Part shown: piece by piece, positions 27,503 to 36,345 of the stretch
Layout of the letters: every line of letters begins with the position of its first letter
Position numbering within the stretch: the stretch's first letter is position 1
Origin: Candidatus Eiseniibacteriota bacterium
Lineage (GTDB): Bacteria; Eisenbacteria; RBG-16-71-46; CAZEPH01
Reading direction: 5' to 3'
NCBI GenBank assembly: GCA_044229145.1
Contig: JBGATO010000025.1
Coordinates: forward strand, 1-51,618
DNA length: 51,618 nt
Program-made: the position numbers and the translations under genes
The notes under the pieces: model-generated
Databases searched by the model: none
Told to the model about the DNA's origin: nothing
The model's input: only the letters and a program-made list of their open reading frames with translations

Positions 27503-29113
27503 TTAGCGCGCCGTCGTCTGCCGCGCGCCGAGCAGCGCGTCGAGCGGCGTGCCGTCCATGCCCGGCGTCGGCACCAGGCCGAAGCGCATCAGGATGGTCG
27601 GCGCGAGATCGCTGATGTGCGCCTTCTCGATGGTCGCGCCGGCCGCGATGCCGGGGCCACGCGCCAGCACGATGCCGACCGGGCCGTGAATGCCGGAGAG
27701 CTTGAAGCGGTTGCCTTCCCCACTGGCGAACACCGACTTCGTCTGCTCCTTCTTGCTGCCGTACATCATGTCGATGATGTCGGCCACCATCTGGTAGCCG
27801 TCCTTGAGTTCGACGACGATGTCCGGGCCCTTCTCGATGTGCGTGCCGTGATAGAGCTCTTCGCGCAGCCACACACGCTGCACCGCCGGCACGCCGGTTT
27901 CGGGGTCGATGAGCGCTTCGAGCTTGCGCTTGATCTCGCCGCGCAGCGCTTCGTACTCGGCGCCCGGCTCGACGCAGCCGAGTGGATCGCGGCCGCGCAC
28001 GTTGAGCCGGATGTTGCCGAAGGTGCCTTCGCTGAACGCCTTGGTCTTCGCCCAATCCGGCGTCGAGCGCGGTGCGAGTTTGAGCGTCGTCTGTCCGCCG
28101 ACGTCGAAGCGGCCCTTGAGCTGGATCTTCACGCTGGTCGGCAGCAGCTTGCGCGCGACGCCGACGACGTGACGGAACACAGAGCGCAGGATCGCCTTGC
28201 GGCTGAGCGGCTGCGGCTTCTCGGTGGTGAGATAGCCTTCGCCCTCGAGCCAGGTGTTGAGCAGGAGCACGCGGCGCAGCGAGCCGCCGCCGTGGTCCGA
28301 CATGATGACGACGGTGGTGTCCTCGCCCATCGCCGCCCACAACTTGGCGAGCTGCTGGTCGGCGTTGATGTACGTCTCGTCCACCGCATGCGCGAAGGGG
28401 TGCGACGGCGAGTAGTCGCCGCGCGTCTGGTCGAGATACTGCCAGAACGTGTGCTGCGCGCGGTCGGTGGCCGTGTGCACGTGGACGACGAACCGCGGCT
28501 TGAACTTCTGGATGCCGAGCAGCGTCGCCTCGGTGCGTTCGACTTCGACCTCGTTGAGTTCGTCGAGGAAGTCGCGCAGCACCTTCTCTTCGCCGGCGCT
28601 GCCGTCCTTGTCCTCGATCTCGCGCAGGTGAACGTCGACGCGGTAGCCGTGTCCGAGCTTCGCCTTCACTTCGTCGAGGAACGGCTTCGGCCACGAGAAG
28701 TCGCCGAACGGATCGCTGGAGAACGCGCCGCTGATGAAGAAGCCGCGCACCTTCTCGGGCGGGAACGTCATCGGCACGTTGACGATGCCGCAGCTCACGC
28801 CTTGCTCGCTCAGCGTCTGCCAAATCGCCTTGCCGCCGCGCGACTTCGTCTTCACGACGGTGTACTCGTACGAGCCCGGCTTCAACTCCATGAAGTCGAA
28901 GATGCCGTGGCCGCCCGGATTCATGCCGGTGAGGAACGTGGACCAGGCGGTCGGCGAGTGCGGGTGGATGGTCGACAGCAGATCGCCGTGCGCGCCTTCG
29001 CGCAGCACGCGCGCCAGCGACGGCACCTTGCCGGCGTCGATCAGCGGTTGCAGCACGCGCCAGTCGGCGGAGTCCATGCCGAAGACGAGCAGCTTTTCGG
29101 TCTGGTTCGCCAT
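27503..29113 (-). CDS. Alkaline-phosphatase-superfamily protein (COG3379-like), paralog 4
   Basis: FGMDSAD, STIHPHSPTAW, TDRAQH, MSDHGG, SGIH. Confidence 0.9.
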   Translation of the reverse strand: MANQTEKLLVFGMDSADWRVLQPLIDAGKVPSLARVLREGAHGDLLSTIHPHSPTAWSTFLTGMNPGGHGIFDFMELKPGSYEYTVVKTKSRGGKAIWQTLSEQGVSCGIVNVPMTFPPEKVRGFFISGAFSSDPFGDFSWPKPFLDEVKAKLGHGYRVDVHLREIEDKDGSAGEEKVLRDFLDELNEVEVERTEATLLGIQKFKPRFVVHVHTATDRAQHTFWQYLDQTRGDYSPSHPFAHAVDETYINADQQLAKLWAAMGEDTTVVIMSDHGGGSLRRVLLLNTWLEGEGYLTTEKPQPLSRKAILRSVFRHVVGVARKLLPTSVKIQLKGRFDVGGQTTLKLAPRSTPDWAKTKAFSEGTFGNIRLNVRGRDPLGCVEPGAEYEALRGEIKRKLEALIDPETGVPAVQRVWLREELYHGTHIEKGPDIVVELKDGYQMVADIIDMMYGSKKEQTKSVFASGEGNRFKLSGIHGPVGIVLARGPGIAAGATIEKAHISDLAPTILMRFGLVPTPGMDGTPLDALLGARQTTAR

Positions 29114-29117
29114 CGCG

Positions 29118-30731
29118 CTACGCTCCGCTGCCGGCCGGCGTGCCGGCGCCCACCAACGCGTCGAGCACCTTGCCGTCCATCGACGACGGCACCGGCAGCC
29201 CGTAGAGGCGCAGGATCGTCGGCGTCAGGTCGATGATGTGCGCGCCCTGCAGTTCGCGGTTCGCCGGGATGCCCTCGCCGCGCGCCAGCACGACGCCGAA
29301 CGGCGAGTGGATGCCGCTCAACTGATAGTTGTTGTCGCCGCTGACGAACAGCGACTTCGCGACCACCGCGTCCACCTTGCCGAAGCGCTTGGCCAAGATG
29401 TCGCCGACCATCTGATAGCCCGGCTTGAGCACGACGATGATGTCGGGGGCTTCATTGATGCGCTCGCCGCTGTAGAGTTCGTCGCGCTTGTAGGTGCGCT
29501 CGACCGGCGCGATACCGGTCTCGGGATCCACTACCTTCTCGATCTTGCGGCGGATCTCCTCGACCACGCGCTCGTACTCGGCGCCCGGCTCCACGGTGCC
29601 CTGCGGATAGAGGCCCTTCACGTTGAGACGGATGTTGCCGAAGGTGCCTTCCGCGCTCGCCTTGGTCTGCGACCAGTCGATGGCGGTCGGCGGCAGGAAC
29701 TTCATCGACGTCAAACCCCAGATGTCGAAGCGGCCGGCGATCTGCTTGCGCACGCCGCGTGGCAACTTCTTGGCGCCGAGATACGCGAACTTGAGCGTCG
29801 ACTTGATGAGCCGCTTCACCGGCCCGGCCTGCGCCGGCGCGAGCGAGGTCAGGTAGCCTTCGCTCTCGAGCCACGCGTTGAGGCGCAGCGCGCGGTGCAG
29901 CGGATAGCCGCCGTGGTCGGACAGGATGATGACCGTGGTGTCTTCGCCCATCGCGTCCCACAACTTCTTGAGCAGGCCGTCGGCGGTGCGGTAGGTGCGG
30001 TTGATGCAGTCGGCGTACTTGTGGTGCGGGTCGTAGTCGGCGCGCGTGGTGTCGATGTAGCGATAGAAGGTGTGCTGCGCGCGGTCGCACGAGGTCACCA
30101 CGTGACAGACGAAGTCGGGGTTGTACTTCTGGATGAGCGCGACCTCGACGTCGCAGCGTTCGCGTTCGACGCGCTCGAGATCGTCGAGCCAGCGGCCGCG
30201 GCCTTCGTCGTTGGCGTCGTCACTGCCGGAGGCGAAGTCGCCGAGGTGGACGTCCACCGTGTAGTTGCGTCCGATCACGCCCTTGATCTCGTCGATCAGC
30301 GAGAGCGGATAGGTGAACTTGGCGAAGGCATTGGTGGTGAACGCGCCGGAGACGAAGTAGCCGTTCACCTTCTCCGGCGGATGCGTCATCGGCACGTTCA
30401 TCACGCCGCAGCGCACGCCGGCTTGCGAGAGCACCTGCCACAGCGACTTCCCGCCGCGCAGCTTGGTGTGGAAGATCTCCATCTCGTAGGTGCCCGGCTT
30501 GCGGTGCACGAAGTCGAAGATGCCGTGCATGCCGGGATTGCTGCCGGTGAGGAACGACGCCCACGCGGTCGGCGAGTGCGGGTGGATCGTGGAGGCGAGC
30601 TTGCCCCACGCGCCTTCGCGCTGGAGCCGCGCCATCGTCGGCATGTCACCCTTGTCGATGAGCGGCTGCATGATGTCCCAATCCGCGCCGTCCATTCCGA
30701 ACACCAGCACCTTGCGGGGCTTCTTCGCCAT
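29118..30731 (-). CDS. Alkaline-phosphatase-superfamily protein (COG3379-like), paralog 5
   Basis: FGMDGAD, STIHPHSPTAW, CDRAQH, LSDHGG, SGIH. Confidence 0.9.
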   Translation of the reverse strand: MAKKPRKVLVFGMDGADWDIMQPLIDKGDMPTMARLQREGAWGKLASTIHPHSPTAWASFLTGSNPGMHGIFDFVHRKPGTYEMEIFHTKLRGGKSLWQVLSQAGVRCGVMNVPMTHPPEKVNGYFVSGAFTTNAFAKFTYPLSLIDEIKGVIGRNYTVDVHLGDFASGSDDANDEGRGRWLDDLERVERERCDVEVALIQKYNPDFVCHVVTSCDRAQHTFYRYIDTTRADYDPHHKYADCINRTYRTADGLLKKLWDAMGEDTTVIILSDHGGYPLHRALRLNAWLESEGYLTSLAPAQAGPVKRLIKSTLKFAYLGAKKLPRGVRKQIAGRFDIWGLTSMKFLPPTAIDWSQTKASAEGTFGNIRLNVKGLYPQGTVEPGAEYERVVEEIRRKIEKVVDPETGIAPVERTYKRDELYSGERINEAPDIIVVLKPGYQMVGDILAKRFGKVDAVVAKSLFVSGDNNYQLSGIHSPFGVVLARGEGIPANRELQGAHIIDLTPTILRLYGLPVPSSMDGKVLDALVGAGTPAGSGA

Positions 30732-30758
30732 TCCGAAATCGTCCTTCTTTCGCGTGAG

Positions 30759-32327
30759 TCAGTCGCGTGACGTGCCGGCGAGGTCCGGCAGCACGCGTCC
30801 GTCCATCGTGGACGGCACGTCGAGTCCGAAGCGCGCGAGGATGGTCGGCGCCAAATCCTGCAGCGCCGCGCCGGCGATCCGCTCGCCCGCCGCGATGCCG
30901 CGGCCGCGGGCCAGCAGGATGCCGGTGGCCCCGTGTCCGCCGCTCAGGCGGAAGCGGTTGTGGTGCGCATCCTCGAACAGCGCGTCCCCGCCGACGGTGT
31001 CGTGCACCAGGGCAAGGAAATCGCCGATCATCTGATAGCCGCGCGCGAGCACGGCGACGATGTCCGGCGCGTCCGCCACCCGCGGACCGTGATAGAGATC
31101 GTCGCGCAGGTACGTCCGCTCGACTACCCGGCGCCCGGTGGCGGGGTCCACCAGCGCCTCGAGCTTGGCGCGGATCTCCGCGCACAGCGCGTCGGATTCG
31201 CCGCCGGCACGCACCACGCCCTGCGGCTCGCGGCCGGCGACGTTGAGACAGATGTTGCCGAACGTCCCTTCGCCGAACGCCCGCGTGGCGCTCCAGCGCA
31301 CGGCGGTCGGCTTGAGATACGTCATCGCCCAGCCGCGTGCCGCCGGCACGTTCGCCTTGAGCCGCGAGCGCAGACTGCGCGGCAAGAGCCGCTTGGCGGT
31401 ACGGAACGCGGCGGTGAAGCCGCGGCGCGCGAGCCCGGCGCGTGACAGCGCGGCCGGCGTCTCGGTGACCAGATAGCCTTCGCGCTCGAGCCACGCGTTG
31501 AGATACAGCACGCGTTCGAGCGGCGCGCCGCCGTGGTCGGACATCACGATCACCGTGGTGTCCTCACCCATCGCCTCCCACACGGTGGCGAGCGCGGCGT
31601 CGGCGACGCGATACGTTTCGTCGATGGCATCGGCGTGCGGTCCGCCATCGCCGCGCGCGGCCCAGAAGCTGTGTTGCGCGCGATCGGTCGACGTCACCAC
31701 GTGCACCGCGAAGCGCGGCCGGTGCCGGCGGATGAGCGCGGCGGAGACACGCGCCCGCTCCTCCTCGACGTCCCGCAGGCGCTGGCGGAATTCCGCCAAT
31801 GCCGGATCGTCCGGTCCGCTCACGCTGTCGGTCAGGTCGGAGAGATGCGCATCGGCGCGGTACGGGCGGCCCAGCGTCGCGCGCAGTTCATCGGCCAGCG
31901 CGGCGGGCCAGGTCACGTTCGACACCGGGTCGGACGTGAACAATCCGGAGACGAAATAGCCGGCGACACGCTCCGGCGGGTACGTCATCGGGACGTTGAC
32001 AATACCACAGGTCACCCCCGCCTCGGAGAGCAGCTTCCAGACCGCCTGGCCCCCTCGGTGGCGCGGCGAGACCACCTCCATCGCGTAGCTGCCGGCCCGC
32101 CGCCGCAGGAAGTCGAAAATGCCGTGCCGCCCGGGGTTGCTGCCGGTCAGGAAGGTCGACCATGCGGTGGGCGAATGCGGGTGGATGGTGGAGGCGAGGT
32201 CGCCGTGGATGCCTTCGCGGAGGATGCGCGCCAGGGTCGGCACCTGGCCGGCTGCGACCAAAGGCGCGAGCACCTCCCAATCGCCGCCGTCGAGGCCGAA
32301 GACGAGCAGCTTCTCGCGGGCGCTCAT
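30759..32327 (-). CDS. Alkaline-phosphatase-superfamily protein (COG3379-like), paralog 6
   Basis: MSAREKLLVFGLDGGD, STIHPHSPTAW, TDRAQH, MSDHGG, SGGH; ATGA overlap with the upstream gene. Confidence 0.9.
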   Translation of the reverse strand: MSAREKLLVFGLDGGDWEVLAPLVAAGQVPTLARILREGIHGDLASTIHPHSPTAWSTFLTGSNPGRHGIFDFLRRRAGSYAMEVVSPRHRGGQAVWKLLSEAGVTCGIVNVPMTYPPERVAGYFVSGLFTSDPVSNVTWPAALADELRATLGRPYRADAHLSDLTDSVSGPDDPALAEFRQRLRDVEEERARVSAALIRRHRPRFAVHVVTSTDRAQHSFWAARGDGGPHADAIDETYRVADAALATVWEAMGEDTTVIVMSDHGGAPLERVLYLNAWLEREGYLVTETPAALSRAGLARRGFTAAFRTAKRLLPRSLRSRLKANVPAARGWAMTYLKPTAVRWSATRAFGEGTFGNICLNVAGREPQGVVRAGGESDALCAEIRAKLEALVDPATGRRVVERTYLRDDLYHGPRVADAPDIVAVLARGYQMIGDFLALVHDTVGGDALFEDAHHNRFRLSGGHGATGILLARGRGIAAGERIAGAALQDLAPTILARFGLDVPSTMDGRVLPDLAGTSRD

Positions 32328-33694
32328 CGCACGCTCCACGCCGCGAGCGCGCCGGCCAGCGCGGCGCCGGCGCAGGTGTTGAGCGCGTTGAGCGCGTCGT
32401 GCACCAGCGGCGTGCGCCACGCCGGCGCCACGCGGGCGCCGCAGACACTCTCGAGGAACGACCCACCCACCGCGCCGGCCACCACCCACGGCAGCGCGTG
32501 CGGCGGCATCGCGCCGCAGGCCACCGCGATCGCGCCGACGAGCGCCGCGGCGACCGCACCGGCGAGCGTGCCGGCGATTCCGATCGCCCCCGGCGTGCCG
32601 GGCGGCGCCGGACGCCAGGTGCGCAGCGACAGCGTCGGCCCGCCGAGCCATTGCCCAATCTCGGTGGCGACGGTGGTCACCGCCGCGGTCGCGTAGGCGG
32701 CGGCCGCCGCGATGCGCCACGCCACCGCGTGCGCCGGATCGACGCCGAGCGCCATCAGCGCGCACACGAGTCCGGCGCCGCCGTTCGCCCACGCATGGCG
32801 AGCGCTCCGCCGGCCGCCATCGCCCTGGGCGACGCCGCGCGCCGCCTTGCGCCGGCCGCCGATCCGCGTCGCCACGCTGGCGAGCACGAAGAACGTCGCC
32901 AGCGTCGCAAACGCCCAGCCGCCACTGGCGCCCCACGTCGCCGCGCCCAGCGCGATGCCGCCGAGCAATCCGCTCACGCTCACGGCGCGCGCCGCGAACG
33001 CCACCCATCCGAGCACACCGGCAATCACCACACCGTTGCGCCAAGCGTGCGCGTCGAGCGCGGCCATCGCCCGCGACGGCTCCCACGCCGCCGCGCACGA
33101 CAGCACCACCGACGCGACCGCCGGCACCCGCCAGTTATCGTCGACCGGCAACTCCAGCGTCTCCACCCACGCCGCGGCCACCGCCGCCACCGCCGCCGCG
33201 AGCGCCAGCGGCACCGGCGCAGGCACCCACGCGTTCCACCCGCCGACCCACTGCGTGAAGAAGGCAATCCCGGAGCTGCCCGCCACCACGAAGCCGATGA
33301 CGCCGCTCCACGACTTCGCGCGATTCCACGGCAGGCGCGGGCCGCCGAGTGCGCGGCCGGCCAGCGTCGCCACGCCATCGCCGAGCGCCATCGCGGCCCA
33401 CGCTCCCGCGGCGATGTCCATGCGGCCCATCCACGCGCCCACTACGGACACCAACAGCAGCACGGCGACCGGATAGATGATGATGCCGCCGCCGCCGGTC
33501 AGCGAGCCGGGCCGTTCGGCGTGGCGGAAGAGGGCGCGGCCGACGTGCGGCAGGACGAGGACGTTGAAGCCGACCGCTCCGACACCGAAGGCGATCGCCT
33601 GCCACGGCGTCAGCCAGCGCAACAAGAGCGCGAACGCCAGGCTGGCGATGTGCACCGACTTGCGGGCGGTCTCGTGCGTGGAGGGGACGCTCAC
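32324..33694 (-). CDS. Fusion of a phytol/dolichol kinase-like (COG0170) domain and DUF92 (COG1836)
   Basis: N-half: ETARKSVH, GDGVATLAGR..G...LPWN..KSWSG, VDDN..VP. C-half: FFVLAS.ATR, RSARHAWANGG, TVATEIG, PPGTPGAI...GTLAG, GSFLES, LNALNT. Confidence 0.8.
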   Translation of the reverse strand: MSVPSTHETARKSVHIASLAFALLLRWLTPWQAIAFGVGAVGFNVLVLPHVGRALFRHAERPGSLTGGGGIIIYPVAVLLLVSVVGAWMGRMDIAAGAWAAMALGDGVATLAGRALGGPRLPWNRAKSWSGVIGFVVAGSSGIAFFTQWVGGWNAWVPAPVPLALAAAVAAVAAAWVETLELPVDDNWRVPAVASVVLSCAAAWEPSRAMAALDAHAWRNGVVIAGVLGWVAFAARAVSVSGLLGGIALGAATWGASGGWAFATLATFFVLASVATRIGGRRKAARGVAQGDGGRRSARHAWANGGAGLVCALMALGVDPAHAVAWRIAAAAAYATAAVTTVATEIGQWLGGPTLSLRTWRPAPPGTPGAIGIAGTLAGAVAAALVGAIAVACGAMPPHALPWVVAGAVGGSFLESVCGARVAPAWRTPLVHDALNALNTCAGAALAGALAAWSVR

Positions 33695-33701
33695 GGCGGG
33701 C

Positions 33702-34766
33702 TCAGTCCGTTCGCTTCGCGACGGGACGGGTGGCGGGACGCACCGCCGGGCGCGGGCGCTCGGCCGGCGAGGCGGCCGGCGGTGTGGCGCGCGGCGGCGT
33801 CGCGCGCAAGGCGGCGACGGTGGCGCGCACGCCGTCTTCGAGCGGCGTCATGCGGTACCCGAGCGCGTCGATCGCACGGCGCGAGTCGTAGGCCCAGTCG
33901 GCACCGTACGTCGCCACCTCGGCGCGCGTGAGTGGCGCCGCGACGCGCCCCGCGGTAAGGGCATCGACCCATTCCGCGCCGGCGCCCACCGCCTGCAACA
34001 TGCCCAGCGGCAACGCGCGCGTCGGCGCCTTCACTTGTGCCACCCGCGCCGCGACGCCCACGAATTCGGCGACGCTGGCCACCGGCCCGCCGAGGATGTA
34101 GAGCGCCCCGCGCTCGCCGCGTTCCAGCGCGGCGACGTGGCCGTGCGCGACATCGTCGACGAATGCCCACGTGAGGCGGGTGCGGCCGCCTCCCGGCACG
34201 CCGGGCAGGCCGCCCGCGAGCAGCCGCCGCACCAGCGCGCCGACGTAGTTCGCCTCGCGTTCCGGACCGGGGCCGTAGAGCGTCCCGGGCGCGACGATCA
34301 CGCAGTCGCTGCCGAGGCGGCGCGCCGCCAGCAGCGACTGCCGCTTCGAGGCCGCGTACGGCGTCTCCGGCTGCGGGGTCGCGACGAAGGGGCCGAGTTC
34401 GTCCGCCACCGCGTCGTGCGCGGAGGGACCGAGAGCGAGGAACGACGACGCGTACACCGCGCGCACCCCGCGACGCGCCGCCTCGCGCAGCACCGTCTGG
34501 GTGCCGGCGACGTTGATGCGGTCGTGGATGCCGCGTGGCCGGTCGACGCGGGCGACGTGCGCGGCGAGGTGCACCACCGCATCGCACTCGCGCACGGCAT
34601 CGCGCACCGCGAGCGCATCGGTGACGTCGCCGTGGACGATCGCCTGCACGCCGGGCACGGCGGTGGCGCCACGCTGGAATCCGGTGACGGTGTGGCCGGC
34701 CGCCGCCAGCGCGCGCGCGGTGGCGTGTCCCAAGTAGCCGGTCGCTCCGGTCAGCAGCACCCGCAT
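33702..34766 (-). CDS. NAD-dependent epimerase/dehydratase (extended SDR; HpnA/farnesol-dehydrogenase-like)
   Basis: TGATGYLG, GDVTD, VHLAA, NVAGT, YAASK, YGPG, FVDDVAHGH..A.ERG..G..YILGG. Confidence 0.88.
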   Translation of the reverse strand: MRVLLTGATGYLGHATARALAAAGHTVTGFQRGATAVPGVQAIVHGDVTDALAVRDAVRECDAVVHLAAHVARVDRPRGIHDRINVAGTQTVLREAARRGVRAVYASSFLALGPSAHDAVADELGPFVATPQPETPYAASKRQSLLAARRLGSDCVIVAPGTLYGPGPEREANYVGALVRRLLAGGLPGVPGGGRTRLTWAFVDDVAHGHVAALERGERGALYILGGPVASVAEFVGVAARVAQVKAPTRALPLGMLQAVGAGAEWVDALTAGRVAAPLTRAEVATYGADWAYDSRRAIDALGYRMTPLEDGVRATVAALRATPPRATPPAASPAERPRPAVRPATRPVAKRTD

Positions 34767-34875
34767 GCAGGGTCCTCGCAGGTCAGCATCGCACCGGCCG
34801 GACGTGCGACGCGCGGCGCCCTCGCAGGAGGACGCCGCGCGTCACGCTCGGCCGCCATGTCGCACGCGGCGAACG

Positions 34876-36345
34876 CTAGCGCGTCACCACGCGTGCGCCG
34901 GGCAGGCGCGGCGGTCGCGCCGTCGGCGGCGCCACGAACGATGGCGCGCAGGTGGTGGTCGACCCGACGATGTTGCTGCCGGTCGACAAGCCGCCGGTGT
35001 CCCGCACGAAGATGCGGAAGAAGTAGCGCGTGCACGCGGTGAGCCCCGAGATGGTGAAGCTGCTGCGCGTCGGGTCGGTGTTCCACGAATCCCAGTGGCA
35101 GATGCCGGTGCACGGCGACGGCGGCGGCACCGGACACGTCGCGCACTCCGCACCCGCGAGCGCCAGCGAGTCGGTCGAGTAGTACGTCTCGTACGAGGCC
35201 CAGTCGGCCACCGTCGAAGCGGTGTACGACAAGCTGACACCATTCGAGAACGGCGCCGGCGTGTTGAGCCGCAGCGCCGGCGGCGGCACGTTCACCGTCA
35301 CCACCTGATCGGAGCGCTGCTCCGCCGACGAGTTGCCGTACGGGTCGGTGAACACGCCCTGCGGCGTGGCGTCGGTGATCTCGTTCTGCGTCTGCCCGTT
35401 GACGGTGTAGTCGACTTCGTACACGCCATCGCCGGCGACGCGGTCGCCGTTGGTGCCGTTGTCGTTGGCGAACTTCGGCACCGAGAACGACTTCGACGGG
35501 TTGTTGAGCGAGAACGACACCGAGCCGCCGGTCTCACGCTGTGCCGCGTAGGCCGCGAAGTGGATCGTCTCGCCGGTGACGAACACGTGATCGCGCGGCG
35601 TCACCACCACCGAGTCGATGGCCGCGTAGGCGTCGTAGCGAATCTGGTCGGACACCACCGCCGACTGCGCGCCGGTGTCGGTGGTGAAGCGCGCGTAGAT
35701 GGTGCGCGACCCTTGGTGCGAGGGATCGTCGTCGACCAAGCGGTGCTGGATGGTCGGCGGGTTGGTCTGCGGGAAGTCGAAGACCTCGACATTCTCGGTG
35801 AACGAGGCGTCGTCCGCGACTTCGACCGTGACCGTCGAGCGCAGCGCGAACAGGCGAATGCAGACGCTCGGGCTCTTGGTCACCGACGACGAGCCGGTCG
35901 AACAGTCGCTGAGCGAAATCGAATAGCGCGACGGCGTCACCACCAGCGGCGTGGCGTGGCGGCCTTCGATGCCGCGCGAGTCGACTTCCGCCACCGTCAG
36001 CTGGTACGTCGATCCTACCGCGAGGCCTTGCACGATCTTGCTCAGCGCGGTCTCGGTGGAGAGTTCGGCGGGCGCGGTGAGCGAGTCGATCACCGCGAAG
36101 GCGGCGGTGGCGGACGTCCCGTTCGCCTTGTAGATGCGGAAGCGCACGACCGACGACACATCGCCGCAGGCGGTCCACGACAGCACGACGGCGCCGTTGC
36201 CTCCCACCTGCGCGCTGAGATGGGCGGGGGCGCACAGGTTCGGCACCGGACGCTCGACGACGGTCGGACGCGCGGCACAGCCGGCCAAGGCGAGCGCCGC
36301 GGCTGCGGCGACGGCAAGCGGAGAGCGCAGGAGTCGAGTCCTCAT
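34876..36345 (-). CDS. Lipoprotein with fibronectin-III-like domains and a central DNGTNGD..AGDGVY motif
   Basis: Lipobox LAGC; VVLSW...FRIYK...GLAVGSTYQLTV..VD..G.E; NDNGTNGDRVAGDGVY; TISGLTACTRYFFRIFV.D..G. Confidence 0.75.
   Translation of the reverse strand: MRTRLLRSPLAVAAAAALALAGCAARPTVVERPVPNLCAPAHLSAQVGGNGAVVLSWTACGDVSSVVRFRIYKANGTSATAAFAVIDSLTAPAELSTETALSKIVQGLAVGSTYQLTVAEVDSRGIEGRHATPLVVTPSRYSISLSDCSTGSSSVTKSPSVCIRLFALRSTVTVEVADDASFTENVEVFDFPQTNPPTIQHRLVDDDPSHQGSRTIYARFTTDTGAQSAVVSDQIRYDAYAAIDSVVVTPRDHVFVTGETIHFAAYAAQRETGGSVSFSLNNPSKSFSVPKFANDNGTNGDRVAGDGVYEVDYTVNGQTQNEITDATPQGVFTDPYGNSSAEQRSDQVVTVNVPPPALRLNTPAPFSNGVSLSYTASTVADWASYETYYSTDSLALAGAECATCPVPPPSPCTGICHWDSWNTDPTRSSFTISGLTACTRYFFRIFVRDTGGLSTGSNIVGSTTTCAPSFVAPPTARPPRLPGARVVTR

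Noticed and set aside
25871..29236. Very long antisense ORFs (1121 aa here; also 38692..41130, 13888..16536, 11707..13869)
   Set aside because: They lie opposite well-supported genes, are Arg/Ala-rich and show no motifs. These are shadow ORFs expected at high GC.
33702..34766. Calling the SDR and the radical SAM gene hpnA and hpnJ (hopanoid cluster)
   Set aside because: No shc, hpnH, hpnG, hpnI or hpnK is in the window; the resemblance is only at family level.
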